From NCBI GenBank assembly GCA_977017575.1, contig CDRNVI010000003.1, positions 809,254 through 873,253 of the forward strand: 64,000 nucleotides of DNA, given 5' to 3'. A program made the translations under genes and the position numbers. Within the stretch, counting starts at the first letter, position 1, and every line of letters starts with the position of its first letter. Below the pieces are notes generated by a model. The model saw only the letters and a list, made by a program, of their open reading frames with translations, searched no databases and was not told where the DNA came from. Of this stretch, positions 12,235 through 24,183 are shown piece after piece. The stretch comes from Paramoeba atlantica (Eukaryota > Protista > Discosea).

Positions 12235-15200
12235 ACTATCTTTAACCGTTTAAGTTCTTGCAAGAGAAGTTGAAACTCCTCTTTTATTTGTTGTCGGGGA
12301 CGTCCGCTGGCATCCGCCAGTGCCGTAAGCAGAGCTTGTGTGTCCGTGTGCATAGAGCCTCCTGATAATATGGGAATGCATTTAAAGGATTCTTCAGCTA
12401 TTTTGCCGGTTTTAACGTAGGTATCATGTTTTCGTTTACAAGCCTCTCGAAATAGATTGGCGCATTTAACTGCGAGATTGGAGGGTGCTAGTTCATGGAC
12501 GATTGTCAAGTCATAGTAGATTTCTCCACCTGCCCAATGAACAACTAAGTCGGGTCCTGATCGGCGAAACGATTTGCCGCCGCATGTTTTTTCGTGTGTC
12601 CTCTTGTGACTCGGGTCGACGACCTCATTGCATTGTGTGCACCGGAGGGTAGAGAAGGTGCGCGGCTCTTTCTCGCACGGAATACCGGTTTTCAAGCACA
12701 ATTCGTAGAGGAAGTTTACCAATGTGCTGTGTTTGACCGTTGCATTTTACCCTGCGCATTTGGAACATCCTGTGACGTGTCGTATCATATTGTCGGAGTT
12801 CAGCAGAATTTTACAACCAGGACAGACAATGTGGGAAGGTAGATCTGGATGTGGAATTCCTAGCCTTGGCATTATAGCGAGCCGAAAGAGATGGGGTGGA
12901 ATAAGTCTTGCATTTGAAAGTACCCATTCATTGTTTCCTTTATAGGCTACTTTTTCGAGAATTTTCGATATGTCTGAGGTACCGCTCGTTAGCCTTTTCC
13001 ACGTCTTTGAGTGTATCTGAGCTGCGGTGGCTGTTTCGTCGTTGGGAGGTATGCTCGCGTTTTGTCGGTTGTCCGGGGCGTTCGGCTTCCCTAGAGTATC
13101 GGCTCGAGCTGAATTGTTGTTTCTTTGCTCAAGAACCGAATGTCTTGAAGACTCGTATGCTGCGCCCCTGGTCGGTGCACACGCCGTTAAACCCAGTCCT
13201 CCTTTCTTTGTCGGCAGTCGTAGAATTGATATTTGATCTTCGACAAGATTTCCAAACCATGCTTCAGCCACCCTCTCAGTTTCCCTGTCGAAATTGTCTG
13301 CCAAGGCTTCGGAAGCGATGGGGTTGTGCACGCGCATTTGGTATCCCTGCCGCACATTAACGCACATCGACAGCAGTTTGCAAGACACATTGCTAGGGCC
13401 CATGCGCTTGAGACGTCTGAAGATGTCATCATGTTTCTCCAATGATTGTAGCAAGCGCTGACTTACGATCTCGTTATCCCCAATGAACGCGCCAAGAATT
13501 TTTATTGCTTGTTCCTCGCCTGTCACTCCAGCGTCCCGTAACTCTAGTGGCATGCTTTCTTTTCGTATTCCCCCAAACCATATGTATTTTTGATTGGCTA
13601 CGACTAAGTTCTGTTCTGCCAGCAGCTCCCGTAGATCCAGAAAAGCTTCTGTGAGCTCTTTGGGGTTATGGGAGGCTAAAGTGATATCATCTACATAAGC
13701 ACTGATCTTGATTTCCGGGTACTTCGAGGCCAATGTCTCCAACACTGGTTGGAGGAAGGCACAGAAGTACACAGACGATAGGGTTGAACCTTGTCGCACA
13801 CCATTTGTGCTTAGAATAGTCCCCACATGTTTACCGTTGTGTCCGTAATATAGAAGCTCAGACGCAGCCGAATATTCGGCATGAAAAAACCTCTGGAACG
13901 GTTTGAGCGTAGCTAATCCGTAAATCCCTTTGGCGAGGTCGCTTCGCGATGGAGCGTTAAAGGCGTTTTTGATATCAACTGACATAATGCATGAACCTTC
14001 GTGATAAAGGGAGTTCAATGTGTGAACCACTTTTTCGCAACCGGCCTTAGCCAATACTCCTTGTTGTATTGGTGCAAACAGCGGTTGGAGCGTCGACTCA
14101 AAGCGTTGAACCAGGACCAGCCCTGCCAGCTTCATCAATACCTCCCCAATTGCTACTGGTCGGACTCCACCGTTGGCTTTAGGAATGGCGATGAGTCTAG
14201 CTCTCGTCAAGCGTCGCATTACTTCTTTTGAAAGAAAACCGTTTATGAGATCCATGATCATGTGGCAGAGACTCTCGCAGCATACCGGATCGTCTATTAG
14301 GATTCTGACGATTGTATCCGTCGTGCCCGTGGGTCCTGGACTTGCTCCTTTGGCAAGGCGTAGGCCTGCAGATCGCAATTCAGTAGGATTTAAACCTCCA
14401 AGAATCGGGGCATCGCTGGGAAGACCAAACTTATATGGATGTTGAGGGTGGAGATCTTGTAATTTTTGGAGGGTTTCTTCTTCCGAAAGCTGGTGCGTTG
14501 AAATTTTGCGATCTAGAACCTGTGCTGCTTTCCTAGTTGCTCTTTCTATTACTAGTCGCGTTGCCTTCTTGATGGCGCGTTTGTCCATTTTTTCTGTGTC
14601 ATGCGCACTGGATTCCGCTTTCTCGCTGTTTGTCTCTGATTCCATTTGCAACGGTCGTCGACGGTTTCTCCGCGTGCTGGCTTGTGTTATTGTTGCGAGG
14701 GATGTTTTCATTGCGGACAACACACTGTGCCAGATTTTGTGTTTGACTGGATACGTACTCTGAATATACTCGCACATTATTTCGCGATACGTCGTTATTA
14801 CACCGGGCATGAGTTCTGGCTTGACGATGCGCGACGTTGGGATTGGAGTGTGGTCTAAATCATCGTCGCTCCAATCAGGAACGGGTAGAGCGGCGATGGG
14901 CACATGTGGGTTTGCGTTGTTTGGTTCATTGGGGAGATTATTCGGTGTTGGAGGTTCAGTGTGCCAAAATATCTTGTAGATCCTTACATGTTCATGGGAC
15001 GGAATGGTTCCTGAGAATTCTTGTTCAGGCTAGTGGCCCAGTATGCCAGTGTACTGCAAGGACAGTCTTCCAGATCCCTTTCTCTTGTAAACACTAGTTA
15101 CCTTCCCGACGGAAACATTCATTCGCTCTTGATTATCGAAAGCCCATGCAACTGTACACGTAGTGCCCTTCTTGATGTTGCGCGAGGCGTTCCACATTTC

Positions 15201-16766
15201 AACAGGCGAAATCGGATATTGATGCTGCGGGGAAAGTTGCGCTAACGATTCGCAAATTAGGCCGGAGTCAACTTGTTCCGAAAATGTTATTGCCCGAGCA
15301 GAGTTATTGTTTGAGCGCTCGAGGGCAGTAGAATTTCCAGAATTATCTGTCGTCTGCATTGTTTCTTCGCGAGCCGCAGATTGAGTTTTTTGCGGTTCTT
15401 TGACTTCCGACAGTTCATCCACTGCAAGTTCATCCGATGTTTCGAACGGAATCTTGAAAGGAACAGGTAGGGGACTTGGTAGCGCATCGTGCGAATCAAA
15501 CGAACTGAGTGATTCCAGGTGTTGGTTGTCCGAATCCTCAGGTGGAGACTCGCACTCGAAGAAAGGAAGTTCGGAATTTGGCGTGTCCTGCACTGCAGTG
15601 TTCGAGGAGTTTTCAGGTGTATGCTGCGTTGGTGAAACATCTTTTGTTAGTTGTTTCCTTGGAGAAGGTGTGCCTGTGGTTACCGTTTGTTTCTGTGCCT
15701 TCTTGATGACGATTTTTAGCGAATTTTGGCCCGCTGCTTGCATTTTCGCGCGCCCTGTCTTATCAAGAAGCCATTCCTCATTTGCACGCAAGTCTGCGGT
15801 CGACTGCTCTAGACCTCGCGTGTTGTGCGTTCTTCGTTGGCTGCCGTAATTGTTTCTCGGAATTCTATGGTCCATAAATTCGGTGTCTTCGTAGGGATCG
15901 TATGCATATATATTGTAATTGTATCCGGGATTCGTATTCTCTTCTTCTGTTGCAATCACTGTTGTATTCCCTCTGGTGTTGGCAGTTGCGATCCCATTTG
16001 TGGTAGCAGTTGTTTTTGTCGCAGTGTTTTCCAGCTTGTTATCCCGGCGAGAGGTATCTCGAGTTTCCAATGGCTGCTCAGGTGGATCCTTCTCTAAGGG
16101 TGTTGCTGATGAAGGTGTCCCTGAGGGTGTCGCTGCTGAGGGTGTCGCTAATGAGGTCGCCGTGCTGGCACCCTGTATCGATTGACCGGTTAATGAGGGC
16201 AGCGTGCTCGCTAGCAAACTTGCTATGGGCTTCAGGGTCTGAACGACAGTTTTCGCTGAAAGAAGTGTGAATCTAGGGCCCTCAGCTCGGCGGATCCGAA
16301 TGAGTGATTGTTTTCCTGCTTCAGCTGCTTTCGCTTTGCTCTCTCTTTCTTTTCTGTTTTCCTCCTCTCTTTCCTCCTCTTCCGCCTCGATTTGTTTTTT
16401 CAGCTGATAGAACGACATGCGAAAACCCCGCTTGGATGCACTTTCCTGGGTTAGCGGTGAGGGCGGTTGAGGGGGGGCTTGTTTTTTTGGTGTTTCTATC
16501 GGCCGTGCTTGTTTGTTCGCCGGTTCTGTGGGCGACGAGGGTGACTGTTGTGACTCCCGTTGGGGTAAGATTAGTGCGGGCGATGGAGGCGGCGGCGGAG
16601 GATGTGACAGCGGTGTCTCCACGGTAGGCTTCTTCTTCCGACGTGTGGGGGGGAGCGGCTGGACGACGGGAGCTACCCCCGTGTCCTTCGCTTTGGCACG
16701 CGTGAGCATGCCCATTTAGAAAGAAAGATTTAAGTTAAACAACAAATCTATTCAACAAGGTACAGA
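12235..16766 (-). mobile_element. Near full-length beta CRE/SLACS-like element with SL remnant at its head; in-frame stops at ~15030 and ~12747
   Basis: RT motifs SPGPTG, IPKANGGVRPVA, DIKNAFN, GVRQGS, AYVDD, ILGAFIG; REL SGPDL..IYYD; ORFs 15030-16715, 12747-14903 and 12186-12722 share one frame. Confidence 0.9.
16753..16766 (-). other. 14-nt SL remnant TCTGTACCTTGTTG, ~40 nt upstream of the beta ATG
   Basis: Exact match to the SL 3' end. Confidence 0.7.
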
Positions 16767-17202
16767 GTCCATGTTGTTGAGTATGTGTCGTGGGCGTTTG
16801 CTTCTCGAGGTGAGGTTGTGTCTTTGGCTGGACTCTGGATGTGGTTTATTCTGTTTCGGGATGCGTCCTGTACCGGGATCCACAAGTTCTACCCCCGCCT
16901 TTCTATTCACGTCTTGCACGGAAGTGGTGAATCCCCGTGTGGGATGCTAATCCCCAAGTGGGACGTACGAAAACATGTAGTCCTTTTTCAGCCCATGATG
17001 AAAATTTTAGAAAATGCCCGTAATATTTTATTTATAACATTTATTTATAATATTTAGTATTGCAGGAACTCTTTGAGTAATACATGTAAAAATGTGAAAT
17101 CGTTTTAATGCACCGTATTCATACATGTATGGAAGTAAACGATGGATAATTATGTGTAACTCATTGTAATCCTAGCCGTATTTTCAAAGCAAAAAACGCA
17201 CA

Positions 17203-17958
17203 ATGAATGACCTCCCCCCACTATCTGACTCTCGCATTGGACGGTTTGTGGCCGAGAGTCAGGTTGGCGACACTATCGCGGTTTTATGGTCCTCAGACAA
17301 AGTGCCACGTGGAGAAATGTGGAAGGGAGTGGTGAAGAAGATTGGCGAAGAGAAAACAACTATGTTGGTGGACTATGCGAAATTTGGCGAGCTTACGTTT
17401 CCTCCGACGAATGCTCGATTACATGGGGTGGAGAAACTCGCCACTGACCCTTACTCCGCTGCGATGGAGCGTGTTGAAGGCCGAGAGACTGGAACGTTCG
17501 AACCGCTTGAATTATCTACGTACGCGATGTTCATCGAGGCACCCTCGGAGACGCGAGATCGTAGTTTTGTGGAATTGGACGCTCATTTGCGTCGCTACTT
17601 TGGTATTGGAGCTGCCGAACGCAATGCCCCACGCTATCACCAAGACGAGCATCGGAAGAACGATTTGTTGCTAGCATTTTTGGCTTGGGTGCGAAACTCA
17701 ATGAAAATGGGACTTGTATGGAAATCAGACGGGAACATGGCGGTCGGGGACAACATATTGGCGGCGTTGGTTGCTTACAAAGTTCGCGTTCAACATGGGG
17801 ACTGCCGCGTCTTCGCACAGGCTCTTGAAGAAGCAAAAACGACCGGGGGACTGCGGGGAAAAATTCTACCTGCAATGATCAAAGCCATGGATACAAAAAA
17901 CGACCGAACAGGGCGAAACGCGGGCCCGATGACAAAACCGCAAGGGAAAAAATTCTGA
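17203..17958 (+). CDS. Gag-like ORF of VIPER/TATE-like element D
   Basis: First ORF of a gag-YR-RT/RH cassette; N-terminal Tudor/SH3-like barrel pattern; no CCHC seen. Confidence 0.65.
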   Translation: MNDLPPLSDSRIGRFVAESQVGDTIAVLWSSDKVPRGEMWKGVVKKIGEEKTTMLVDYAKFGELTFPPTNARLHGVEKLATDPYSAAMERVEGRETGTFEPLELSTYAMFIEAPSETRDRSFVELDAHLRRYFGIGAAERNAPRYHQDEHRKNDLLLAFLAWVRNSMKMGLVWKSDGNMAVGDNILAALVAYKVRVQHGDCRVFAQALEEAKTTGGLRGKILPAMIKAMDTKNDRTGRNAGPMTKPQGKKF

Positions 17959-18054
17959 CTCGAAGAATTCAACAGAAATTTAGTCCAAGAAACAATAGAT
18001 TATATAAGGGGCAATATAATAGAACTATCAACATTAGGGGCAATAATCTTTACA

Positions 18055-19203
18055 GTGAAGAATATTCTGGAAATATATTTATTAAGGGGCATAAAAAATC
18101 AATTTCAAGAAGAGGGAAACGAAACATACGGAAATCAAACGGAAACCACAACCGGCGCCGGCACTACCAGTCATGTCCGAAGTACTCAGTACAAGCAACC
18201 TTCCACGAGCAACAGGGCTGTTACAGGGATAGTAACAAGATCAAGAGCAAAGAACTTACTGGAGATCGAAGACCTCTTCCTCGACCGCGTGGAAGGCAAC
18301 AGAGAAACAAAAGCCGCGATTCCTACAGTCGACGTTCAACAAATGATCGTTCTAGGCCAGGATCGTCTATTAGAAGAGAAATCCAACTCGCGCTGGAATC
18401 ACCTTTCCAGCGTGTACAAACAGTATACAGTTTGGAAGGAAAACCTCGGAAACGACGTTCCAAGCGAAGATTGGTGCATAATATGCTTCTTGGAGTCGAA
18501 AATGAGACTAATCAATCCGCAAACTCAACGGGGTACCATCAGCATCCAAACCGCACATACGTATGCAAAGAGTCTGATACAAATCATATTCCGATCTGGG
18601 GGTCAATTGCAAAAGTCGACAGTAACAGCCTATATGCGATCCCTTCAGCGTCAAGGGGCTCAAATACCGGAGCATCAGGCGCCCCCGGCTACACGCGAAC
18701 AAGTATTGGAGGCGTGCGAATGGCTGCTTCCGGACGAAGCCGCGGGCCTGACCTTGGCGTGGAAGACATGCAGCAGAATAGACGATGTCAAACATCTGAG
18801 GAAATTAGATTTACAAGTGGTAGATCTCGAGCGGAGAATACTGGGAGTAACGTTTCCGACTCACAAAGGGGATCCCTTCAGAGTAGGGACTGCTATTCCA
18901 ATGACTTGCAACTTGACGGAGTGGAAAATCTTCATGGACCAATTGGACAAGCTGAAGCCAGAAGACAAGTTCACGACTTTATCGACGCTGAGAGCCAATG
19001 CCGTGCTGAAGCGGGTGAAAGTAGAGTTGTCGGCACATTCTGTAAAAAGAGGGGCTCTAGTATCACTCCTCAGAGAGGGAGTTCCACTGTCGGTAATACA
19101 GCTGTTGGCCAAGCACAAAGATCTGGAGACATTGTGGATATATCTCCCTCGACTGGAAGTGGCCTTGTCCCTAGGGCTACAGGACGCGACAAAATTACTG
19201 TGA
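18055..19203 (+). CDS. Tyrosine recombinase of element D (frame open from 17959)
   Basis: LAWKTCSRIDDV (R), HSVKRGA (HxxR), AKHKDLETLWIY (H..Y) catalytic residues. Confidence 0.85.
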   Translation: MKNILEIYLLRGIKNQFQEEGNETYGNQTETTTGAGTTSHVRSTQYKQPSTSNRAVTGIVTRSRAKNLLEIEDLFLDRVEGNRETKAAIPTVDVQQMIVLGQDRLLEEKSNSRWNHLSSVYKQYTVWKENLGNDVPSEDWCIICFLESKMRLINPQTQRGTISIQTAHTYAKSLIQIIFRSGGQLQKSTVTAYMRSLQRQGAQIPEHQAPPATREQVLEACEWLLPDEAAGLTLAWKTCSRIDDVKHLRKLDLQVVDLERRILGVTFPTHKGDPFRVGTAIPMTCNLTEWKIFMDQLDKLKPEDKFTTLSTLRANAVLKRVKVELSAHSVKRGALVSLLREGVPLSVIQLLAKHKDLETLWIYLPRLEVALSLGLQDATKLL

Positions 19204-20957
19204 ACCCAGAAAACACCAAAGGACATGACAAGAAAACTAAATCAGCGGTTTACATACTAAAACGTCAATTACAAGGTAGGTTCCCCTTGCACATCGGTAA
19301 GATCACGCTAGACAGCGATAACATTATAGGCGAACCGAATCCCGAACCTATCTACGTGCATAATTCAACGGACATTGCTAACATTGCAACGAAGAAAATT
19401 GAAGACACAAACAATCAGTCTATGTCTCGCGGGCAGCTCACCCGACCACCGAGCGTGCGAGCGTACAAAAATCAGGGAATAATAGCTCCTATCACAACCA
19501 CAAGACTGTCATATTCTATACTGAACAATATGAATGACGATGGCAGCCTAGACTTTTTACATCTACTACAGAACGTCAACGCCTTTCACGCGCACATGCT
19601 GCGTGCACCTAAAGGCAATCGACCAGTGTCTCGATTTATGAGACATCATTTACCAGACTTATTACGCATGGGGGTTGTAGAGAAGACCGAAGGACCGATA
19701 GTAGTACATCGTACCTTTACAGTTCCGAAGAAAGACTCCACACTTCGTCTAATCTGCGATTGTAGGAAACTCAACCGAGTTTTCGAATGCCCCCCCGCAA
19801 TGCACCTACCATCCATACATAACGTGATTGAAAATCTGCTAGATTCGGAATGGATGGCTCACGCGGACGCACGGAGTTACTTTTACCAATTCTCCCTCGC
19901 TCCCGAGATCCGATCCTACTTTGGAGCGGTTTTAGGTCACGCTAGAGGAGAAACATGCAGTATTCAATTTTCTTCCATGCCCATGGGATGGTCATGGGCC
20001 CCGGCTATTGCACAGCGAGTTTCAAATCGCATTGTCCGGGACATTGGATTGGCCTGGGTAGACAATTTTCTTTTGTTCGGAAAATCCAAGTCAGAAGTAG
20101 AAAACCATGCAAAAGAATTTCGCGCCCGAGTCCACGCAGTTCAACTAGAAGTAGATGATCTCACCATGAAGCCACTACAGCAAGCGTGCGTACTTGGTAT
20201 TGAATTTGATCTAAAAAATAAGAAGTACCGCATGTCAGAAAAGTGGACTGAAAAGGCGTATTCAAGATACAATGACATAATCGGGAATGGGACGTGGACA
20301 GCTGTGGAACTGTATACGCTTTCTGGTTTACTAATGTGGAGGGCCACGGTTATGAAAATCCCACTATGCACTTTTGCACACCTTCTTCAAACACTAGGAA
20401 AAGTTGCCAGAAAAGTGCACGACGAAAAGTCTTGGGAGATCTCCTTCTCTCCGACCGACCACCTGTTAGGCGAACTGACTGATGCATTTTCCGCACTCAA
20501 GCGAAATGTTTGGTTAAAAAAGATAGGTCATATACCCAAAGAAGAAAAGGTGGAAGTTTGGACTGATGCCAGTTCAATCGCATGGGCTATTCTGTTGTTC
20601 AATCAAGGCATTCTCGAAACTGCAAAACAGGGCATGACAAAGCCCGGAGCCCATATATTCTACTCAGAGCTGAGTGCGGCTCTTGGTGGAATTATGGCAG
20701 CAGTCAGAAAAGGACATCGGGACATTCTATTGAACGTCGACAACGCGCCTGTGGCCATGTCCCTCCAGAGGCGGGCAAGCACTAACTTCACTGCCAATAG
20801 GTGGATGCAGTACATCCCATCAAACACTAACCTGGAAGTAAAGTGGGTACCTACCAACGCCCAAATAGCAGATCCCTTCACGAGAAAATCCAGCGCTGAA
20901 GACTTGACACCACTGCCCTCCATCGGTACTTATATTGAGAGCCTACGGCGCCCGTAG
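18432..20957 (+). CDS. RT-RNase H (pol) of element D; frame open from 17829, overlapping the whole YR ORF
   Basis: FTVPKKD..RLICDCRKLN, DARSYFYQF, MPMGWSWAP, WVDN; RNase H WTDAS, SEL, VDN, IADP. Confidence 0.9.
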   Translation: MEGKPRKRRSKRRLVHNMLLGVENETNQSANSTGYHQHPNRTYVCKESDTNHIPIWGSIAKVDSNSLYAIPSASRGSNTGASGAPGYTRTSIGGVRMAASGRSRGPDLGVEDMQQNRRCQTSEEIRFTSGRSRAENTGSNVSDSQRGSLQSRDCYSNDLQLDGVENLHGPIGQAEARRQVHDFIDAESQCRAEAGESRVVGTFCKKRGSSITPQRGSSTVGNTAVGQAQRSGDIVDISPSTGSGLVPRATGRDKITVNPENTKGHDKKTKSAVYILKRQLQGRFPLHIGKITLDSDNIIGEPNPEPIYVHNSTDIANIATKKIEDTNNQSMSRGQLTRPPSVRAYKNQGIIAPITTTRLSYSILNNMNDDGSLDFLHLLQNVNAFHAHMLRAPKGNRPVSRFMRHHLPDLLRMGVVEKTEGPIVVHRTFTVPKKDSTLRLICDCRKLNRVFECPPAMHLPSIHNVIENLLDSEWMAHADARSYFYQFSLAPEIRSYFGAVLGHARGETCSIQFSSMPMGWSWAPAIAQRVSNRIVRDIGLAWVDNFLLFGKSKSEVENHAKEFRARVHAVQLEVDDLTMKPLQQACVLGIEFDLKNKKYRMSEKWTEKAYSRYNDIIGNGTWTAVELYTLSGLLMWRATVMKIPLCTFAHLLQTLGKVARKVHDEKSWEISFSPTDHLLGELTDAFSALKRNVWLKKIGHIPKEEKVEVWTDASSIAWAILLFNQGILETAKQGMTKPGAHIFYSELSAALGGIMAAVRKGHRDILLNVDNAPVAMSLQRRASTNFTANRWMQYIPSNTNLEVKWVPTNAQIADPFTRKSSAEDLTPLPSIGTYIESLRRP

Positions 20958-21123
20958 GGAATTCCGCATTTTCAAAGCAAACCATACTTAGCCCTCATCT
21001 AGTTTGCCCATTAGAAGAAAATAGAAGAACGTATAGCACATGGAATGAGTCTAATATTTAATGAGTTACACTTCTGCAAGAATTGAAGAGTTTAGTTTAT
21101 CCTATTTTCTAAAACAGACGAAA

Positions 21124-21426
21124 TTAAAATGTATGTCCCTCGGCTTCTGAAGGGTCCCAATCGTCTGCATCGGCGGCGTGCGCAACGGAGGAGACATATG
21201 CTGCTGTTGCGTGGAGGAGCGAAGACCTGAGACCAAAACCCCCGTTGCGCTTCTTACGTTGGATTTGGTCACGCGCGTGGGAATCCAGAGGGAAAAGTGC
21301 CCATTCCGCGGCTTTTAGAACATTTTCATCAAGGGAATTACAAAGCTCAGAAAGCGCATGAGGGGGTGTCGTGCGAAGTGCGTAGACCATTTGACAGAAT
21401 CCAGTGCACTGCCGGATGAGGGACAT
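21124..21426 (-). pseudogene. Alpha CRE RT fragment
   Basis: LIRQCTGFCQMVYALRTTPP..GGFGLRSS homologous to 22-801. Confidence 0.8.
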
Positions 21427-23789
21427 TTTTTTTTTTGATTTTGCATTTTTTTTTTGATTTAATCGCTATGACACGCCTTGCCCACGCACGCCTTGCTCGC
21501 GCAGACTCTCAGACATCGAAAGGCTTGGGCCTGAAAACAGGTAGACTAAAAGTGAAATCACGAATGCAAGACAAGAGGGGCCAAGAGAACAGTGAGAAAA
21601 AGTGCATAGTCAATGACGTTTCGGGTGACACTTTTGATGAGACTATTCCCCCCACCACGACAAAGACGCGCATACCACGAATAAAAGTCATTGGAGCATC
21701 TACCCCCCCACCGACCAAACCGAAGAAAACGCCACGCATCAGAATCGTCGGAGGAGAACCTCTTCTTTCAAAGATTTGGGCAGACCACGGGACTGACCAG
21801 GCCAATTACCTCCAGGGAAACCAGAACTCCGAAGAAGGATCTGTAGCTCTGCCAAAAGATTGGGCTGGCCATGGCGAACAACACGGCGAGCATTCCGACA
21901 ATACCATTAAAATCAAGCCTAAAACTTTTCGATTCACGCCTTCAAACGCCCAATCAGCCAGCGACCCACAACAAGCAAAAACGTCGGATATCGAAACGAC
22001 TCAAGACTCAAGACTGATCCAGCGCGATATCGAAAATGATGAGCAACTCTCTGAAGATGAAAGTGACGAGATGTCCCTTGACAGCGATTGTGGGGTCATC
22101 GAAGAGCTTGCAAATCGGGGCGCCGTTTCCAAAGCACCGGATCATGTGCACAATGTCGTAGCAAAGTGGGGTAAAGGCACAGCTTGCATAATCGAATGGG
22201 GATTCCGTCAGGAAACGACAAACTACGTATCGAAGGGAGTCGTCGTAGGCAGAACATCTCGCAAAGGACTAATAAAAATCAAGATTTCATATGCACCAGC
22301 CCAAGGCAGCGAAGGTCCAAGTGGATTCCTTTACCTTCCGCAGACAAGCAAAATCAGAATCTGTTCCATACGAGCCACGAAGCTGATTAAAATCGAAGCC
22401 ATCGCGCGGAACTTAGAAGAACAAGCTGAGAACGTATCGAATGAAGATGGTCAAGGAGATCTCGAGCCACTGCCCCCGATGACGCCCATTGATTCATCAT
22501 TTTCAGTCCATGTAGTCGCAATCTTTCGTGCAATACTTCGTGGGTATCCAACTGTAGAACTTGATTCCGAGAAAACTGCAGTTTGGCACAAATTCCTGAA
22601 CGCCCCAAGGGACTCGCTCGCAACCATTCGCCAACTCTCACGGCAAAATCAACGCGTAGGACATATAATCAAGCATACGGACCAATCAGAGGGCGAAAAT
22701 CTGAGCGCCCAACAGAGAGAGGAACTAGGAATCGACCGTCGCTCGATTAGAAATGCTTTAGTGACCGCCCGCGCCGGAAACGTAGGGAAAGCTACTCGAA
22801 TTCTGGACAACGTCTACAAGGAGTCCGCTCTCACAGCAGATGAAAAGGTACAAAAACTTCGCACATTGCATCCGGAAGGACCTAACATACAAATCCCGGA
22901 AGCTGACTTTCCACGAATCGGCATTGTAGAGAAATCGGAAGTCCGTCTTGCGGTCGAAAAACTTGCGCGAGGGGCCTCTCCAGGACCAAGCGGACTCAGC
23001 GAAAGTATGATGCGTTTGCTAGTTGACGATGAAGAAACGTGCCTGTCATTGTGTCACATGGTCCGAGATGTTATCAATGGTGAAATACCGTCAAGCGTGC
23101 GGAAGCGTCTTACTCGATGCCGAATTATTGCTCTTCCGAAGCCACAAAATGGTATACGCCCGGTTGCCATGGGGGACACGATCCTCAAAATCTGCGGGTC
23201 CATTTTACTTCAGCGACATGAAGCCGCACTAGGAAAGTACTTTGCGCCCATCCAACGAGGTGTATTCCACAAGAACGCGTGTGAATCAATAGTGCACGAA
23301 CTACTAAGTGAATACGAGAATGGACACGCATTGATTACGGTTGACTTCAGCAATGCGTATAACACTCCACGTCGTGACGCTATAACCCAGGCACTACTAG
23401 ATAATCCCGTGTTTAAACCTTTCATGCGCATGTTTTATCTGGAATACGGCCTGCCATCTGAACTATTGTTTTTCGCCCACAATGCCCTTTTTGCAACAAT
23501 AGAAAGCTCTTCAGGAATTCGCCAGGGATCATCCCTATCCTCCATGTACTTCTGTGCACTCTTACAAGGTCCTCTTCGAGAAGTCCTAAGCCTATACCCT
23601 GACGTCAAAATAAGGGCCAGGGGGGGCATTCGATGAAAATTCATCGAACGCACCGTGCGTTCGATGACCAGGCGTCCCGTTCGATGAATATTCATCGAAC
23701 GGGCAGTGCGTTCGATGAATCATTCATCCAACGGGCACTGCTGCACGAATTTTTCGTCTCGATTTTTTTGGGGGGAATTTGAACATTAC

Positions 23790-24183
23790 CATCTCGTTTA
23801 CATGTCTGGAGGCAAGGCCCAACTGTCAGCGAAGCCCAAGTGTGCAAGCAAGGCCCCCGTCTGCGAGCAAGGCCCAACTGTGAGCGTAGCCCGCTTCTGG
23901 AGGCAAAGCCCTCCTTTTCGAGAAAGGCCCAACTGTGAGCGTAGCCCTGGGACATAATTATATTTTTTGGCGACCCGCGCGCTCCATGCGGAGGTGGTGG
24001 ATATTAGCACGGCGGGCGGATGAGTTGGCATCACGGCCTTCTTTTTCCATCGGGCACGAGGGAGCGGCAAAATCTCAGGAGCTACTCCTGATTCTTTTGC
24101 TTTGGAGCGTGTGAACACTCCCATGAAAGGTAAAAAAAGTAAATAATCAACAAGGTACAGAAACTGTATCTTTATCGTCAAAG
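23790..24183 (-). mobile_element. 5' fragment of a beta element headed by a 36-nt SL (24148-24183, one mismatch)
   Basis: MGVFTRSKAKESGVAP matches MGMLTRAKAKDTGVAP at 16715; followed by ~19-bp tandem repeats (AAGGCCCAACTGTGAGCG-type). Confidence 0.8.

Noticed and set aside
799-15032. Reassigned genetic code suggested by in-frame stops (TGA 799, TAA ~12747, TAG ~15030)
   Set aside because: Three different stops at scattered positions; sister copies have sense codons there, and long ORFs elsewhere terminate normally on all three codons. Best explained as decay.
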